DNA from: an uncultured Bacilli bacterium
GTDB taxonomy: Bacteria; Bacillota_I; Bacilli_A; RF39; UBA660
DNA: 64,000 nucleotides
Assembly: GCA_934101575.1 (NCBI GenBank)
Contig: CAKORJ010000001.1
Coordinates: 402,994 to 466,993 of the forward strand
Direction: 5' to 3'
A program made the translations under genes and the position numbers. The notes under the pieces were generated by a model. It saw nothing but the letters and a program-made list of their open reading frames with translations. It was not told where the DNA came from and did not search any database. Position 1 is the stretch's first letter, and every line of letters starts with the position of its first letter. Shown in pieces: positions 9,797 through 19,714 of the stretch.

Positions 9797-11572
9797 TTCT
9801 TTATCGTCTAATATTTTTTTTCTTAGTCTTATACTATCTGGTGTTATTTCTACTAGTTCATCGTCTTCTATGAATTCTAGAGCTTCTTCTAGAGTGAATA
9901 TTTTTGGTTTTATTAGTGTTAAGGCATCATCTGATCCTGCGGCTCTTGTGTTGGTTAATTGTTTGTTTTTACATGGATTTACGTTTAGATCATTGTCTCT
10001 ATTATGGATACCTATTATCATTCCTTTGTATACATCTACGGATGGTCCTACTAACATTGTTCCTCTATCACTTAGATTATATAGTGAATAAGCCATTGTT
10101 TTTCCATCTTCCATTGAGACTAGTACACCATTTTTTCTTCTTTTTACTGGACCTACATATGGTTTATAACTATCAAAACTTCTTACCATAATTCCTTCCC
10201 CTTTTGTATTTGTTATAAAGTTGCTTCTATAACCTATAAGGGCTCTTGTTGGTACTAGGAATGATAGTTTTGTATAATTATCATCATTTGTTACTAAATT
10301 CATTATTCCTTTTCTTTCATTCAGGTCATTTATTATTGTTCCAGCATATTCATTTGGACAGTTTATTAGCACTTCTTCGAATGGTTCACATTTTACTCCG
10401 TCTATTTCTTTTAGTAATACTTCTGGTTTTGATACTGAAAGTTCATATCCTTCTCTTCTCATATTTTCTAGTAGTATTGATAGATGTAGTTCTCCTCTTC
10501 CTGAGACTTTATAACCATCACTGTCTTTTAGTTCTTCTACTTTTAGTCCTACATTTGTTTCTAACTCTCTATCTAATCTTTCTTTGATGTGTCTATTTGT
10601 TAGAAATTTACCACTTCTTCCTGCGAATGGTGAAGAGTTTACTAAGAAGTTCATTGATAGTGTTGGTTCTTCTATTACTATTGGATCAAGAGGATTTATG
10701 TTATCTTTATCGCATATTGTATCTCCGACTCTTATGTCTGGGGATGTTGCTGTTATAACTATATCTCCATATCTTGCTTCTTTTACTTCTTTTCTTTTTA
10801 TTCCTTCGTTTACAAATACTTTGTTTACTCTTACATTTTCAACTGTTCCATCGTTTTTACTTATTGCTACCATCATTCCTGACTTTATTACACCTTTTGT
10901 TATTCTACCTATTCCTAGTCTTCCTAAGTAATCATCGTATGATAGTGATGATATTTGAAGTTGTAGTGGATCATTTTCATTTCCTTCATACTCTTTAGTA
11001 TTGGCTATTATTGTGTCTAAAAGTGGAAATATGTTTTTATCTTCATCTTCTAATTCTTTTTTGGCTATTCCTTTTTTAGCCATACCATAACAAATTGGAA
11101 AATCTAATTGCTCATCTGTTGCTCCTAGTTCTACAAATAGATCAAATGTCATGTTTACTACTTCATCTATTCTTGAATCTTTTTTATCTATTTTATTTAT
11201 GAATAGAATTGGGTTTAAGTTGTTTTTTAGAGCTTGTTCTAGAACGAATCTTGTTTGAGGCATTACTCCTTCTTTGGAGTCTACCATAAGTACCACTGTA
11301 TCTACTGTTTTTATTATTCTTTCTACTTCAGATGAAAAGTCAGCATGTCCTGGGGTGTCTACTATATTTATTTTGTAATCTTTATATTTTATTGAACAGT
11401 TTTTTGAATAGATTGTTATTCCTCTTTCTTTTTCTAGATCATTACTATCCATTATTTGATGAGTTTCTAATTCTTTATCTAGTGCACCACATTGTTCTAG
11501 TAAGGCATCTACTAATGTGCTTTTTCCTACGTCTACGTGTGCTACTACTGCTATGTTTAGTATTTTTTCCAT
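9773..11572 (-). CDS. typA: translational GTPase TypA/BipA
   Basis: 599 aa. AHVDVGKST G1, DTPGHADF G3, EF-G-like domains. Confidence 0.9.
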   Translation of the reverse strand: MEKILNIAVVAHVDVGKSTLVDALLEQCGALDKELETHQIMDSNDLEKERGITIYSKNCSIKYKDYKINIVDTPGHADFSSEVERIIKTVDTVVLMVDSKEGVMPQTRFVLEQALKNNLNPILFINKIDKKDSRIDEVVNMTFDLFVELGATDEQLDFPICYGMAKKGIAKKELEDEDKNIFPLLDTIIANTKEYEGNENDPLQLQISSLSYDDYLGRLGIGRITKGVIKSGMMVAISKNDGTVENVRVNKVFVNEGIKRKEVKEARYGDIVITATSPDIRVGDTICDKDNINPLDPIVIEEPTLSMNFLVNSSPFAGRSGKFLTNRHIKERLDRELETNVGLKVEELKDSDGYKVSGRGELHLSILLENMRREGYELSVSKPEVLLKEIDGVKCEPFEEVLINCPNEYAGTIINDLNERKGIMNLVTNDDNYTKLSFLVPTRALIGYRSNFITNTKGEGIMVRSFDSYKPYVGPVKRRKNGVLVSMEDGKTMAYSLYNLSDRGTMLVGPSVDVYKGMIIGIHNRDNDLNVNPCKNKQLTNTRAAGSDDALTLIKPKIFTLEEALEFIEDDELVEITPDSIRLRKKILDDKERYRQRNN

Positions 11573-11671
11573 TTTTACATCTCCTTAAGTCAAATCTATC
11601 AAATTATATCAAAAATATTTATTTTATGCAAGAAAATGAAAAAAATAGTGCTTTTTTGGCACTATTTTTGA

Positions 11672-12577
11672 TTAATCCCATAGTTTTTCTTTATAGATTC
11701 CTTTTTGTATCATGTCTTTTATGGCATTTACTACTTCTTGTTTATCTTCTTTATAGGTTATTCCATACCATTTTTCATCTGTTTCTAAGACTTTTACTTG
11801 AGCTATATTTTCTTTTATTTCTTTTGTTACTACGTCTGGCATTAGATATTCACATGTTTCCATATCGTTTTTGTTTTTTTCTAAGAAAGGTATAAACTCT
11901 TCTTCTATATGGTTTATGAAGCTGTGATGAAAAGCCATTAAGTTCATCGATACTAGAGTATCATTTTTTACTCTTTCTTTTATGCTTGTTTTAAATGATG
12001 TTTTTGTAAGACCTTGGTCATCTTTTTCTACTAGACTTTCGTCTAAACCTATTAATTTTCCATCTTCTATTTTACATATTCCTCTTTTTACTGACCCATT
12101 GTCTGTTATTGTATTTATTAATTTGTATCCTACTAGAGCATAGTTTTCTTTGTTATCTTTATTTAGATCTGTGTCTAAAAAGTCTGAGACTGCTTTTATA
12201 CCTCCATATCCATAGAAGTCATCAGCGTTCATAAGGGCAAAGTTTCCTTTTATTAAATGTCTTGCACAGTATATTGCATGTCCTGTTCCTAATGGTTTTA
12301 CTCTATTTGGTACTTTGTATCCTTCTGGAAGGTCATCTATTTTTTGAAAAGCATATTCTACATCTATATATGGCTTTATTCTTTTTCCTATTGTTTCTTC
12401 AAATACTTCTAAGTTTTCTTCTTTTATTATAAATATTACTTTTTCGAAACCACATCTTTTGGCATCATAGATTGAATAATCTATTATAAACTCTCCATTT
12501 GGTCCTACTGGTTCTATTTGTTTTAATCCTCCGAATCTTGAACCCATGCCGGCGGCTAATATTACTAATGTTTTCAT
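11672..12577 (-). CDS. sugar-phosphate nucleotidyltransferase (NTP_transferase family)
   Basis: N-terminal LAAGMGSRF...K pyrophosphorylase signature and KPLGTGHA motif. 301 aa. Confidence 0.5.
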   Translation of the reverse strand: MKTLVILAAGMGSRFGGLKQIEPVGPNGEFIIDYSIYDAKRCGFEKVIFIIKEENLEVFEETIGKRIKPYIDVEYAFQKIDDLPEGYKVPNRVKPLGTGHAIYCARHLIKGNFALMNADDFYGYGGIKAVSDFLDTDLNKDNKENYALVGYKLINTITDNGSVKRGICKIEDGKLIGLDESLVEKDDQGLTKTSFKTSIKERVKNDTLVSMNLMAFHHSFINHIEEEFIPFLEKNKNDMETCEYLMPDVVTKEIKENIAQVKVLETDEKWYGITYKEDKQEVVNAIKDMIQKGIYKEKLWD

Positions 12578-12578
12578 A

Positions 12579-14660
12579 CTAAATTCTCCTTATACTTTTA
12601 TGATTTTTTAATATTTTCTTTATTCCTATGTCTTTATTAAATGCTACTGTTAAGATGGTATTTGTTACTTCTATTACTACTCCATCTCCATATTTATCGT
12701 GGTGAACTTTATCTCCATAATTGAATAATTGATCACTTTCGTGAACTCTTTTTTCTTTTTTTACTTGTGGTTCTTGTTCTTTATTTTCTTTTTCTAGTAG
12801 ATTTTGGTCTATTTCTCTTACGAATCTACTTAATATAGATGGACTTTCTTGTCCATATATTGTTCTTTTCTTTGCTGAAGTTATCCATAGTTTTTTCATT
12901 GCTCTTGTTATGGCTACATACATTAATCTTCTTTCTTCTTCTAGTTCGTCTGGAGAGTAGCTGTTTTTATGAGGAAATAATCCTTCTTCCATGCCTGCTA
13001 AGAATACATATGGATATTCTAATCCTTTTACTGAGTGAACTGTCATTAGAGTTATTCTATTTGGATCGTCTTTATACTCTTCTATGTCTGATACTAGACT
13101 TATCTCTGTTAGGAATTCTTCTAGAGAGATAAGTCCTACTCTTTCTTCAAAGTTTTTGGTTACGGATTTAAACTCTTCTAGGTTTTCTAATCTTATATCT
13201 GCTTCTAGACTTTTTTCTTGTTTTAGAGCCTCTTTCATACCACTTTTATCTAGTACTTTATCTATGAATTCTGTTAGAGAACAACTTTTTAAGTCTTCTT
13301 TTAACTCTTCTATTGTTTTTTTAAATTCTAAAGCTTTTCCATCTTTTATTGCATCATACATACTTGTGTTATATACTTCGGCATTTGCTTCTATTTCACT
13401 TATTGTTTTTGGACCTATTCCTCTTTTGGGAGTGTTTATACTTCTCATAAGACTTATATCATCATCTGTATTTATTATTAGTCTTAAGTATGCTAATAGG
13501 TCTTTTATTTCTTTTCTGCTATAGAAATAGAAACTTCCTACTATTCTAAATGGTATGTTTTGTTTTAGTAGTTCTTGTTCAAATACTCTTGATTGGGCAT
13601 TTGTTCTATATAATATTGCTATATCACTATATGGAACTCCTTTTGAGATTAGTTCTTTTATTTTTCTTATTATGTAGAAGACTTCATCTATTTCATCATA
13701 GGATTTATAAAATGATATTTTATCTCCTGCGCCTTTATCACTCCAAAGATTTTTATCTTTACGAAAATTGTTATTTTTTATAACACTGTTGGCAGCATCT
13801 AATATTGTTTTTGTTGATCTATAATTTTGTTCTAACATTATTATTTCAGCATCTTTGTAATCTTTTTCAAAATTTAATATGTTTTTATAGTTGGCTCCTC
13901 TAAACATGTAAATACTTTGATCATTGTCTCCTACACATGCTATATTTCTATACTTGGCTGCTAACATTTTTATTATTAGATATTGGGCTTCATTTGTATC
14001 TTGGTATTCATCTACTAATATGTACTTATATTTTTCTCTATAGTAATCTAATACTTCTTGATTTTCTTTGAATAGTTTTATTGGTAATATTAGTAAATCA
14101 TCAAAATCCACGGAATTGTTTTTAAAGAGAATCTCTTGATATTTTTTATATACTTTGTAGATTATATCGTCTTCTTCACTATGAACAAATTTTTTGTATT
14201 CTTCAGGCATTACAAATTCACTTTTATTACTTGATATTTTATTTCTTATCATATAAGGATTAAATCTTTTTGGATCATATCCTAAGTCTTTTATTATCTT
14301 TTTTACAAGTGTTAGGCTATCATCACTATCCATTATTACAAAATTATTTTTGTATCCTAGTTTATCATAGTTTTCTCTTAGAATTTTTACTCCAAATGAG
14401 TGAAATGTTGAAGCTAATAAGTTGTTTTTTCCTATTAGTTTTTCTATTCTTTCTTTCATTTCTTTGGCTGCTTTATTAGTAAATGTTATCGCCAAGATAC
14501 TTTCTGGACTTATTCCGTATTCTTTTATTAGATAGGCTATTCTTGTTGTTAGGACTCTTGTTTTACCGGATCCAGCGCCGGCTAGTATTAATAAGGGGCC
14601 ATCTTTATGTTTGATGGCTTTTATTTGATTTTCATTTAGATTTTCAAGCATATACTTCAC
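12579..14660 (-). CDS. pcrA: ATP-dependent DNA helicase PcrA (UvrD family)
   Basis: GAGSGKTRVL Walker A, DEYQDTN, and the C-terminal UvrD_C motif VAITRAMKKL. 693 aa. Confidence 0.85.
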   Translation of the reverse strand: MKYMLENLNENQIKAIKHKDGPLLILAGAGSGKTRVLTTRIAYLIKEYGISPESILAITFTNKAAKEMKERIEKLIGKNNLLASTFHSFGVKILRENYDKLGYKNNFVIMDSDDSLTLVKKIIKDLGYDPKRFNPYMIRNKISSNKSEFVMPEEYKKFVHSEEDDIIYKVYKKYQEILFKNNSVDFDDLLILPIKLFKENQEVLDYYREKYKYILVDEYQDTNEAQYLIIKMLAAKYRNIACVGDNDQSIYMFRGANYKNILNFEKDYKDAEIIMLEQNYRSTKTILDAANSVIKNNNFRKDKNLWSDKGAGDKISFYKSYDEIDEVFYIIRKIKELISKGVPYSDIAILYRTNAQSRVFEQELLKQNIPFRIVGSFYFYSRKEIKDLLAYLRLIINTDDDISLMRSINTPKRGIGPKTISEIEANAEVYNTSMYDAIKDGKALEFKKTIEELKEDLKSCSLTEFIDKVLDKSGMKEALKQEKSLEADIRLENLEEFKSVTKNFEERVGLISLEEFLTEISLVSDIEEYKDDPNRITLMTVHSVKGLEYPYVFLAGMEEGLFPHKNSYSPDELEEERRLMYVAITRAMKKLWITSAKKRTIYGQESPSILSRFVREIDQNLLEKENKEQEPQVKKEKRVHESDQLFNYGDKVHHDKYGDGVVIEVTNTILTVAFNKDIGIKKILKNHKSIRRI

Positions 14661-14716
14661 CTATTTGATTATAACATGTTTTATTTTTTTTCAAAAGAAA
14701 AATGTGTAAATTGGTG

Positions 14717-15157
14717 TTAATGATTAGGTGTTATTTTTCTTACTTTCTTTAAACTATTGTTATCTTTTTGATGTTCTTTTTGTATATTTGTGTTTAATGT
14801 TATTTCATCATTATAATTTATTAATCCTAGTGGTTTTAAGGCATTGCTTTTTTGTAATGCTTGGTAGTACTCATATGGTAAAACATAAAATTTTTCTTCT
14901 ATTTGTTTCATATTTACTTCTGGTTTTAATATATAATAAGTTTCTTTTTGTTTATCATTTGTTATAAAGTATATTGGTTCTTCTATTATTGACTGGTCAA
15001 TATATGTCATTTCTTCTTTGGATGTTAAATTTCTTTCTAATTCTTTTACAAATTGATCTAAATCAGCTTTTTTTATCATTGTACATGTTTTGTTACTATA
15101 TTTATATAGATATAATAAGCCTAAACTGTACATATCTTCATCATTTATTCTAACCAT
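14717..15157 (-). CDS. hypothetical protein
   Basis: 146 aa, no recognisable motif. Confidence 0.3.
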   Translation of the reverse strand: MVRINDEDMYSLGLLYLYKYSNKTCTMIKKADLDQFVKELERNLTSKEEMTYIDQSIIEEPIYFITNDKQKETYYILKPEVNMKQIEEKFYVLPYEYYQALQKSNALKPLGLINYNDEITLNTNIQKEHQKDNNSLKKVRKITPNH

Positions 15158-15356
15158 TTTTTTCTCCTTTTTTATTGTGTTTTTCTTCTTATATATTTTT
15201 TATTTTTAAATAATTTAAATTTGTTTATATTTTATCATAGAAAAGATAATGGTTTCAAGAATGGATACTTTAGTTTTTTTACTTTATAAGTTTATTTTTT
15301 TATTTAAGCGAGTATGTTTTTTGATTTATTTTGCACAATAATATAAAGGTGATTTT

Positions 15357-16787
15357 ATGCTTGATAAACAAATTGAGATTATTAAGAGGGATTTTAATAG
15401 TTCTCCGGATATTGTTTTTAGAAAGGTTAAGGTTAAGAATAAAGAGATTCTTCTTGTGTTTAATTCTTCTGTTTCTAGTAGTTCTAGTATTAATGATTTT
15501 ATACTAAAGAAGATTACTAGTATTGATAAGAGGATTACTAGAAAGAATATATATAATCATCTGGAAAATGAAATTCCTGAAAATGTTATTGTTGATATTA
15601 AGGATAAAGATGATTTATATACTAAGATTAATTCTGGGTTTACTGTTTTTATATTTGAGAAGGGCGAACCTTTTGCTATTGAAACTAGAGAGGATTTATC
15701 TAGAGGTGTTTCTGAACCTCTTACTGAGCAATCTATTAGTGGTCCTAAGGATGCTTTTACTGAGAATTATCAAACTAATTTGGGGCTTATTAGGAAGAGA
15801 GTAAAATCTAATCAGCTTACTATTAAAGAATCTGTTGTGGGTAAACAATCTAAGACTAAGGTTGCTGTTTTATATATGGATAATATTGTTAAGGATGATC
15901 TTGTTAAAGAAGTAAATGAAAGAATTTCTAATATAGATATTGATGCTATTTTAGATAGTACTTATATTAGGGAATGTATTGAGGATGAACATAGTACTTT
16001 TCCTACTATTGATACTACGGAAAGACCTGATACTGCTTGTATTGCTCTTCTTGGTGGTAGAGTTTGTGTTATGACTGAGAATTCTCCTTATTTACTTATT
16101 ATTCCTACTTTTTTTAGTGATATGTTTCATGCTAGTGAAGATAATTATCAAAGCCATATTAATGTTACTTTTACTAGGATTATTAGATATTTTGCTTTTT
16201 TTATAGCGGTGTTGCTTCCTGCTTTTTATATTGCTATTACTACATTTAATCATGAGACTATTCCTGTTACTTTGCTTACTAATTTTGCTGCTCAGAGAGA
16301 TGGAGTTCCTTTTCCTGCCATTGTGGAAGCTCTTGGACTTACTCTTGTTTTTGAGATTTTAAGGGAAAGTGATATTAGGATGCCTCATTTATCTGGTACT
16401 GCTATTTCTATTCTTGGGGCTATTGTTTTAGGTGATGCTGCTGTTTCAGCGGGTATTGTCTCTCCTATTATGGTTATTGTTATTTCTTTGTCTGCTATTT
16501 CTTCTCTTATGTTTTCTAATGTTGGAATGGTTAATGCCATTAGAATTTGGAGGATTATTTTTATGTTATTTGCTACTACTACGGGAATGATTGGTATTTT
16601 TCTTGCTAGTATGCTTTTACTTACTACTCTTACTTCTAAATTTTCTTTTGGAAAGCCTTTTCTTTATCCTCTTATTCCTCTTAATAAAAAGTTTCTTAAG
16701 AATGCTGTTTTTAAGGAAAAAATTGAAAATGATAATAAAAGAATGCCTATTCTGACTAATAAAAATTATACAAGGAGTAAGTTATGA
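15357..16787 (+). CDS. spore germination protein, GerA-family A subunit
   Basis: 476 aa with GerA-type N-terminal soluble region and C-terminal TM bundle. First gene of an A-C-B operon. Confidence 0.8.
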   Translation: MLDKQIEIIKRDFNSSPDIVFRKVKVKNKEILLVFNSSVSSSSSINDFILKKITSIDKRITRKNIYNHLENEIPENVIVDIKDKDDLYTKINSGFTVFIFEKGEPFAIETREDLSRGVSEPLTEQSISGPKDAFTENYQTNLGLIRKRVKSNQLTIKESVVGKQSKTKVAVLYMDNIVKDDLVKEVNERISNIDIDAILDSTYIRECIEDEHSTFPTIDTTERPDTACIALLGGRVCVMTENSPYLLIIPTFFSDMFHASEDNYQSHINVTFTRIIRYFAFFIAVLLPAFYIAITTFNHETIPVTLLTNFAAQRDGVPFPAIVEALGLTLVFEILRESDIRMPHLSGTAISILGAIVLGDAAVSAGIVSPIMVIVISLSAISSLMFSNVGMVNAIRIWRIIFMLFATTTGMIGIFLASMLLLTTLTSKFSFGKPFLYPLIPLNKKFLKNAVFKEKIENDNKRMPILTNKNYTRSKL

Positions 16788-17896
16788 AAAAGATTATACT
16801 ATTTATTATTTCTGTGTTTTTACTTTGTGGTTGTAGTTATTCTGAACTTAATGATTTGGCAGTGGTTTCTACTCTGGGGATTGATTTTGAAGATAATGAA
16901 TTTGTTATTACTGCTCAAGTTATGGATATAAAAAGTAGCAATGATGGTAGTACTACTGCTAGTACTTTGATATATGAATCTACTGGAGAGACTATTGCTA
17001 AGGCTATTAGAAATTTTTCTGTTAGATATCCTAAGAATGTATATTTAGGACATTTGGAGTTTGTTATTATTGATAAGGAAGCTTCTAGTAGGATAAATGA
17101 TATTTTTGATTATATTATGCGTTCTCCGGAGGTTAGATCTTCTACTTATGTTTTGATGAGTGAGAAACAAACTGCTAAGGAAATTCTTAATCCTGATAAT
17201 GAGGTTAAGGATAGGTTTCCTGTTCAGAGTTTAAGAACTGTTTTACTTGATTCTAAGGATAGAAATGGTACTATATATGATCTTACTTTAGAAGAGTTTC
17301 TTAGTACTTATTTAAAGGAAGGCATTAGTCCTCTTGTTCCTCTTGTCAAAACTACTAATGAAAAAGGTATGTCTGCTACTTCTGTTATTATTGAGGATTT
17401 GGCACCTTTTAAGAATAGAGTTTTGTATGATGCCCTTAGTTCTAATGCTGCTATTGCTTATAATACTATAAATAATAATTATCATGATATTGTTATTGAT
17501 TGTAAGTATAATAATATAAAATTTGGTGCGGTTATATATAATCCTAAATCTAATATTGATATTAAGATTAATAATAATGAGGTAAATATTATTTTAGATA
17601 TTGCTATTGAATCTAAAATTATTGAGCTTAATAATAGGATCAATTTAACTGATTCTAAGGTGCAAAATAGAATAAAAAAAGAAATAAGTAAAAGTATTTA
17701 TAATAATATTTATGAATTAATTTATTATTCTAAGAAGAATAATGTTGATGTTTTAGGACTTGGTAATATTATTTATAAGAATTATTATGATGAGTATTAT
17801 AAGTTTAAAAATAAAAATATTTATGATATTGCTAAATTTGATGTTAAAGTTAATAATAAAATGTATAGATTTGGTAATATAAATAAAGGAGCTTGA
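16784..17896 (+). CDS. spore germination protein, GerA-family C subunit (lipoprotein)
   Basis: Lipobox LLCGCS at the N-terminus. 370 aa. ATGA overlap with the A subunit. Confidence 0.75.
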   Translation: MKKIILFIISVFLLCGCSYSELNDLAVVSTLGIDFEDNEFVITAQVMDIKSSNDGSTTASTLIYESTGETIAKAIRNFSVRYPKNVYLGHLEFVIIDKEASSRINDIFDYIMRSPEVRSSTYVLMSEKQTAKEILNPDNEVKDRFPVQSLRTVLLDSKDRNGTIYDLTLEEFLSTYLKEGISPLVPLVKTTNEKGMSATSVIIEDLAPFKNRVLYDALSSNAAIAYNTINNNYHDIVIDCKYNNIKFGAVIYNPKSNIDIKINNNEVNIILDIAIESKIIELNNRINLTDSKVQNRIKKEISKSIYNNIYELIYYSKKNNVDVLGLGNIIYKNYYDEYYKFKNKNIYDIAKFDVKVNNKMYRFGNINKGA

Positions 17897-17900
17897 TTTT

Positions 17901-18977
17901 ATGAATGGTAAAATTAGTAGTGGTGAGGTTATGGCTATTTGTGTAGGAATTATCTTTGCTATGTTTCCTGGATTTGCTAATTATCTTATTCTTGTTAGTT
18001 CTAGAAATGACTCTCTTATTTCACTAGCTATTGCTTTTGTTATTGGTTTAATTCCTATTTTTATGATTATGTTTATTAGTAAGAGAATTAATACTAATTT
18101 TTTTAAGTTTTCTGTAGATAATTTTAAGATTTTTGGATATGTTTTGGATATTGTTTTACTTATTCTTGCTTTTTTTACTATTTTTATTAGTAGCTGGCTT
18201 TCTATTGATTTTGTTATCAGTCAGTTTTTGACTAGAAGTTCTTATTATTTAATTGCTATATTTGTTTCTATTATTGTTGGTTTTTCTATTAATAAGGGTA
18301 TTGAATCTCTTTCTAGGACTATTTTTATTTTATTTGTGGTTTCTGCTAGTGTTATAATTTTTCTTTTACTTACTTTGATTCCTTATGTTGATGTTAGTAA
18401 TTTAAAACCTATTGGAGTTGCTTCTTTTAAAAGTGTTCTTAATGGCTCTTTTGTATTTTTAACTGTGACTATATCTCCTATTTTTTATGTTTTAGGACTT
18501 AAATCTATTACTAAAGATGGAAAGAACTTTCCTCGTAAGATTTTAGTTGGATATATTGTTGCTTCGTTTTTGATTGCTTTTGTTTTGTTTTTTATTATTA
18601 CTGTTTATGGAATAGAACTTGGTAGTATTTTATCTTATCCTGTTTATGGTTTGTTTAAGAAGGTTCAGATTTTTGGTTTTATTGAGAGAATTGAGAATTT
18701 TGCTGCTATTTTCTTGATAACTGCTTTTTTTGCTCAGTTTTCTTATTTTGTTTATGCTATTAAAAGTAATATTTCTGATATGTTTAAAATTAGTAATAAA
18801 AAAAAGCAAGCTATTCTTACTTATTTTATTTCTATAACAGTTCCTGTTTGTAGTATTTATCTTTTTAAGACTTATGCTTTTTCTGCATATTTAGAATACT
18901 CTCCTTATGTTTTATCTATTTTTTATGTTGTTTTGTTTATATATTTTATAAGAGCTATTTTTATTAAGAAATCTTAG
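17901..18977 (+). CDS. spore germination protein, GerA-family B subunit (APC-like permease)
   Basis: 358 aa polytopic membrane protein in the ger operon. Confidence 0.75.
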   Translation: MNGKISSGEVMAICVGIIFAMFPGFANYLILVSSRNDSLISLAIAFVIGLIPIFMIMFISKRINTNFFKFSVDNFKIFGYVLDIVLLILAFFTIFISSWLSIDFVISQFLTRSSYYLIAIFVSIIVGFSINKGIESLSRTIFILFVVSASVIIFLLLTLIPYVDVSNLKPIGVASFKSVLNGSFVFLTVTISPIFYVLGLKSITKDGKNFPRKILVGYIVASFLIAFVLFFIITVYGIELGSILSYPVYGLFKKVQIFGFIERIENFAAIFLITAFFAQFSYFVYAIKSNISDMFKISNKKKQAILTYFISITVPVCSIYLFKTYAFSAYLEYSPYVLSIFYVVLFIYFIRAIFIKKS

Positions 18978-19294
18978 TCTTTATTTATATCTTTTAGTGA
19001 TTTTGGTGTGTAGTTTATTATTTTTTGTTTTCTTAGGGTTTCATATATTGATGGTGCTCCTATGAAGGCAAAGAATGATACCCATAATGAATCTATTATG
19101 CTTAATTTGAAGAACCATAATGAGAACAGTATTCCGAATAAGAATGATGATATTAAGTTAAAAAGAGTAACTTGCCAATTTCTTTTTAATAATGACATTG
19201 TTTTTATTTTTTGAACTAATGCCATTTCAAATACTGAAAATACTATACTTATTAAAATAATTTTTGTTAATGATTCAGATAATATGTTTTCCAT
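18974..19294 (-). CDS. small membrane protein (hypothetical, possibly part of T4SS module)
   Basis: 106 aa with 2-3 predicted TM helices. Convergent overlap with gerB stop. Confidence 0.35.
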   Translation of the reverse strand: MENILSESLTKIILISIVFSVFEMALVQKIKTMSLLKRNWQVTLFNLISSFLFGILFSLWFFKLSIIDSLWVSFFAFIGAPSIYETLRKQKIINYTPKSLKDINKD

Positions 19295-19302
19295 GTTACC
19301 TC

Positions 19303-19614
19303 CTATTTTAGTGGAAGAATATTTATTTCTTTTACCATTTCATCTACTATGTTAGAACATTCTAGTTTTTTATAAAGTTCATATAATTCCATTATTTCTT
19401 CTTTTTCTTCCATGGTTATATATTCTTTTTTCTTTATTTCGGTGTATTTTTCTTTTATATGAATTTTTAAGTTTGCACAGGCTTCATTTTCTAGTTTATC
19501 TATTTTTCTTATGTATTTTGATATTTTTCTATATAGGTGTGTTAGAATTGTTACTATTACTGAGAATAGTATTTCTATCCAGTAGTGAACTATGAAAGAT
19601 AACATATCCATCAC
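19303..19614 (-). CDS. small N-terminal TM / coiled-coil protein (hypothetical)
   Basis: 103 aa. N-terminal TM helix then a charged KE-rich helix. Confidence 0.3.
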   Translation of the reverse strand: MMDMLSFIVHYWIEILFSVIVTILTHLYRKISKYIRKIDKLENEACANLKIHIKEKYTEIKKKEYITMEEKEEIMELYELYKKLECSNIVDEMVKEINILPLK

Positions 19615-19665
19615 CTATTATATTATATTTTGTTTCTTGAAAAGTTATTATATTATTTCACATGG

Positions 19666-19710
19666 AAAAAGAGAGAAAAATTTCATTATTGTTTTTCTCT
19701 CTTTTTATTA
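19666..19710 (-). terminator. strong rho-independent terminator after T4CP gene
   Basis: 15-bp perfect stem aaaaagagagaaaaa / tttttctctcttttt with an 11-nt loop and flanking T/A runs. Confidence 0.6.
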
Positions 19711-19714
19711 TTTT

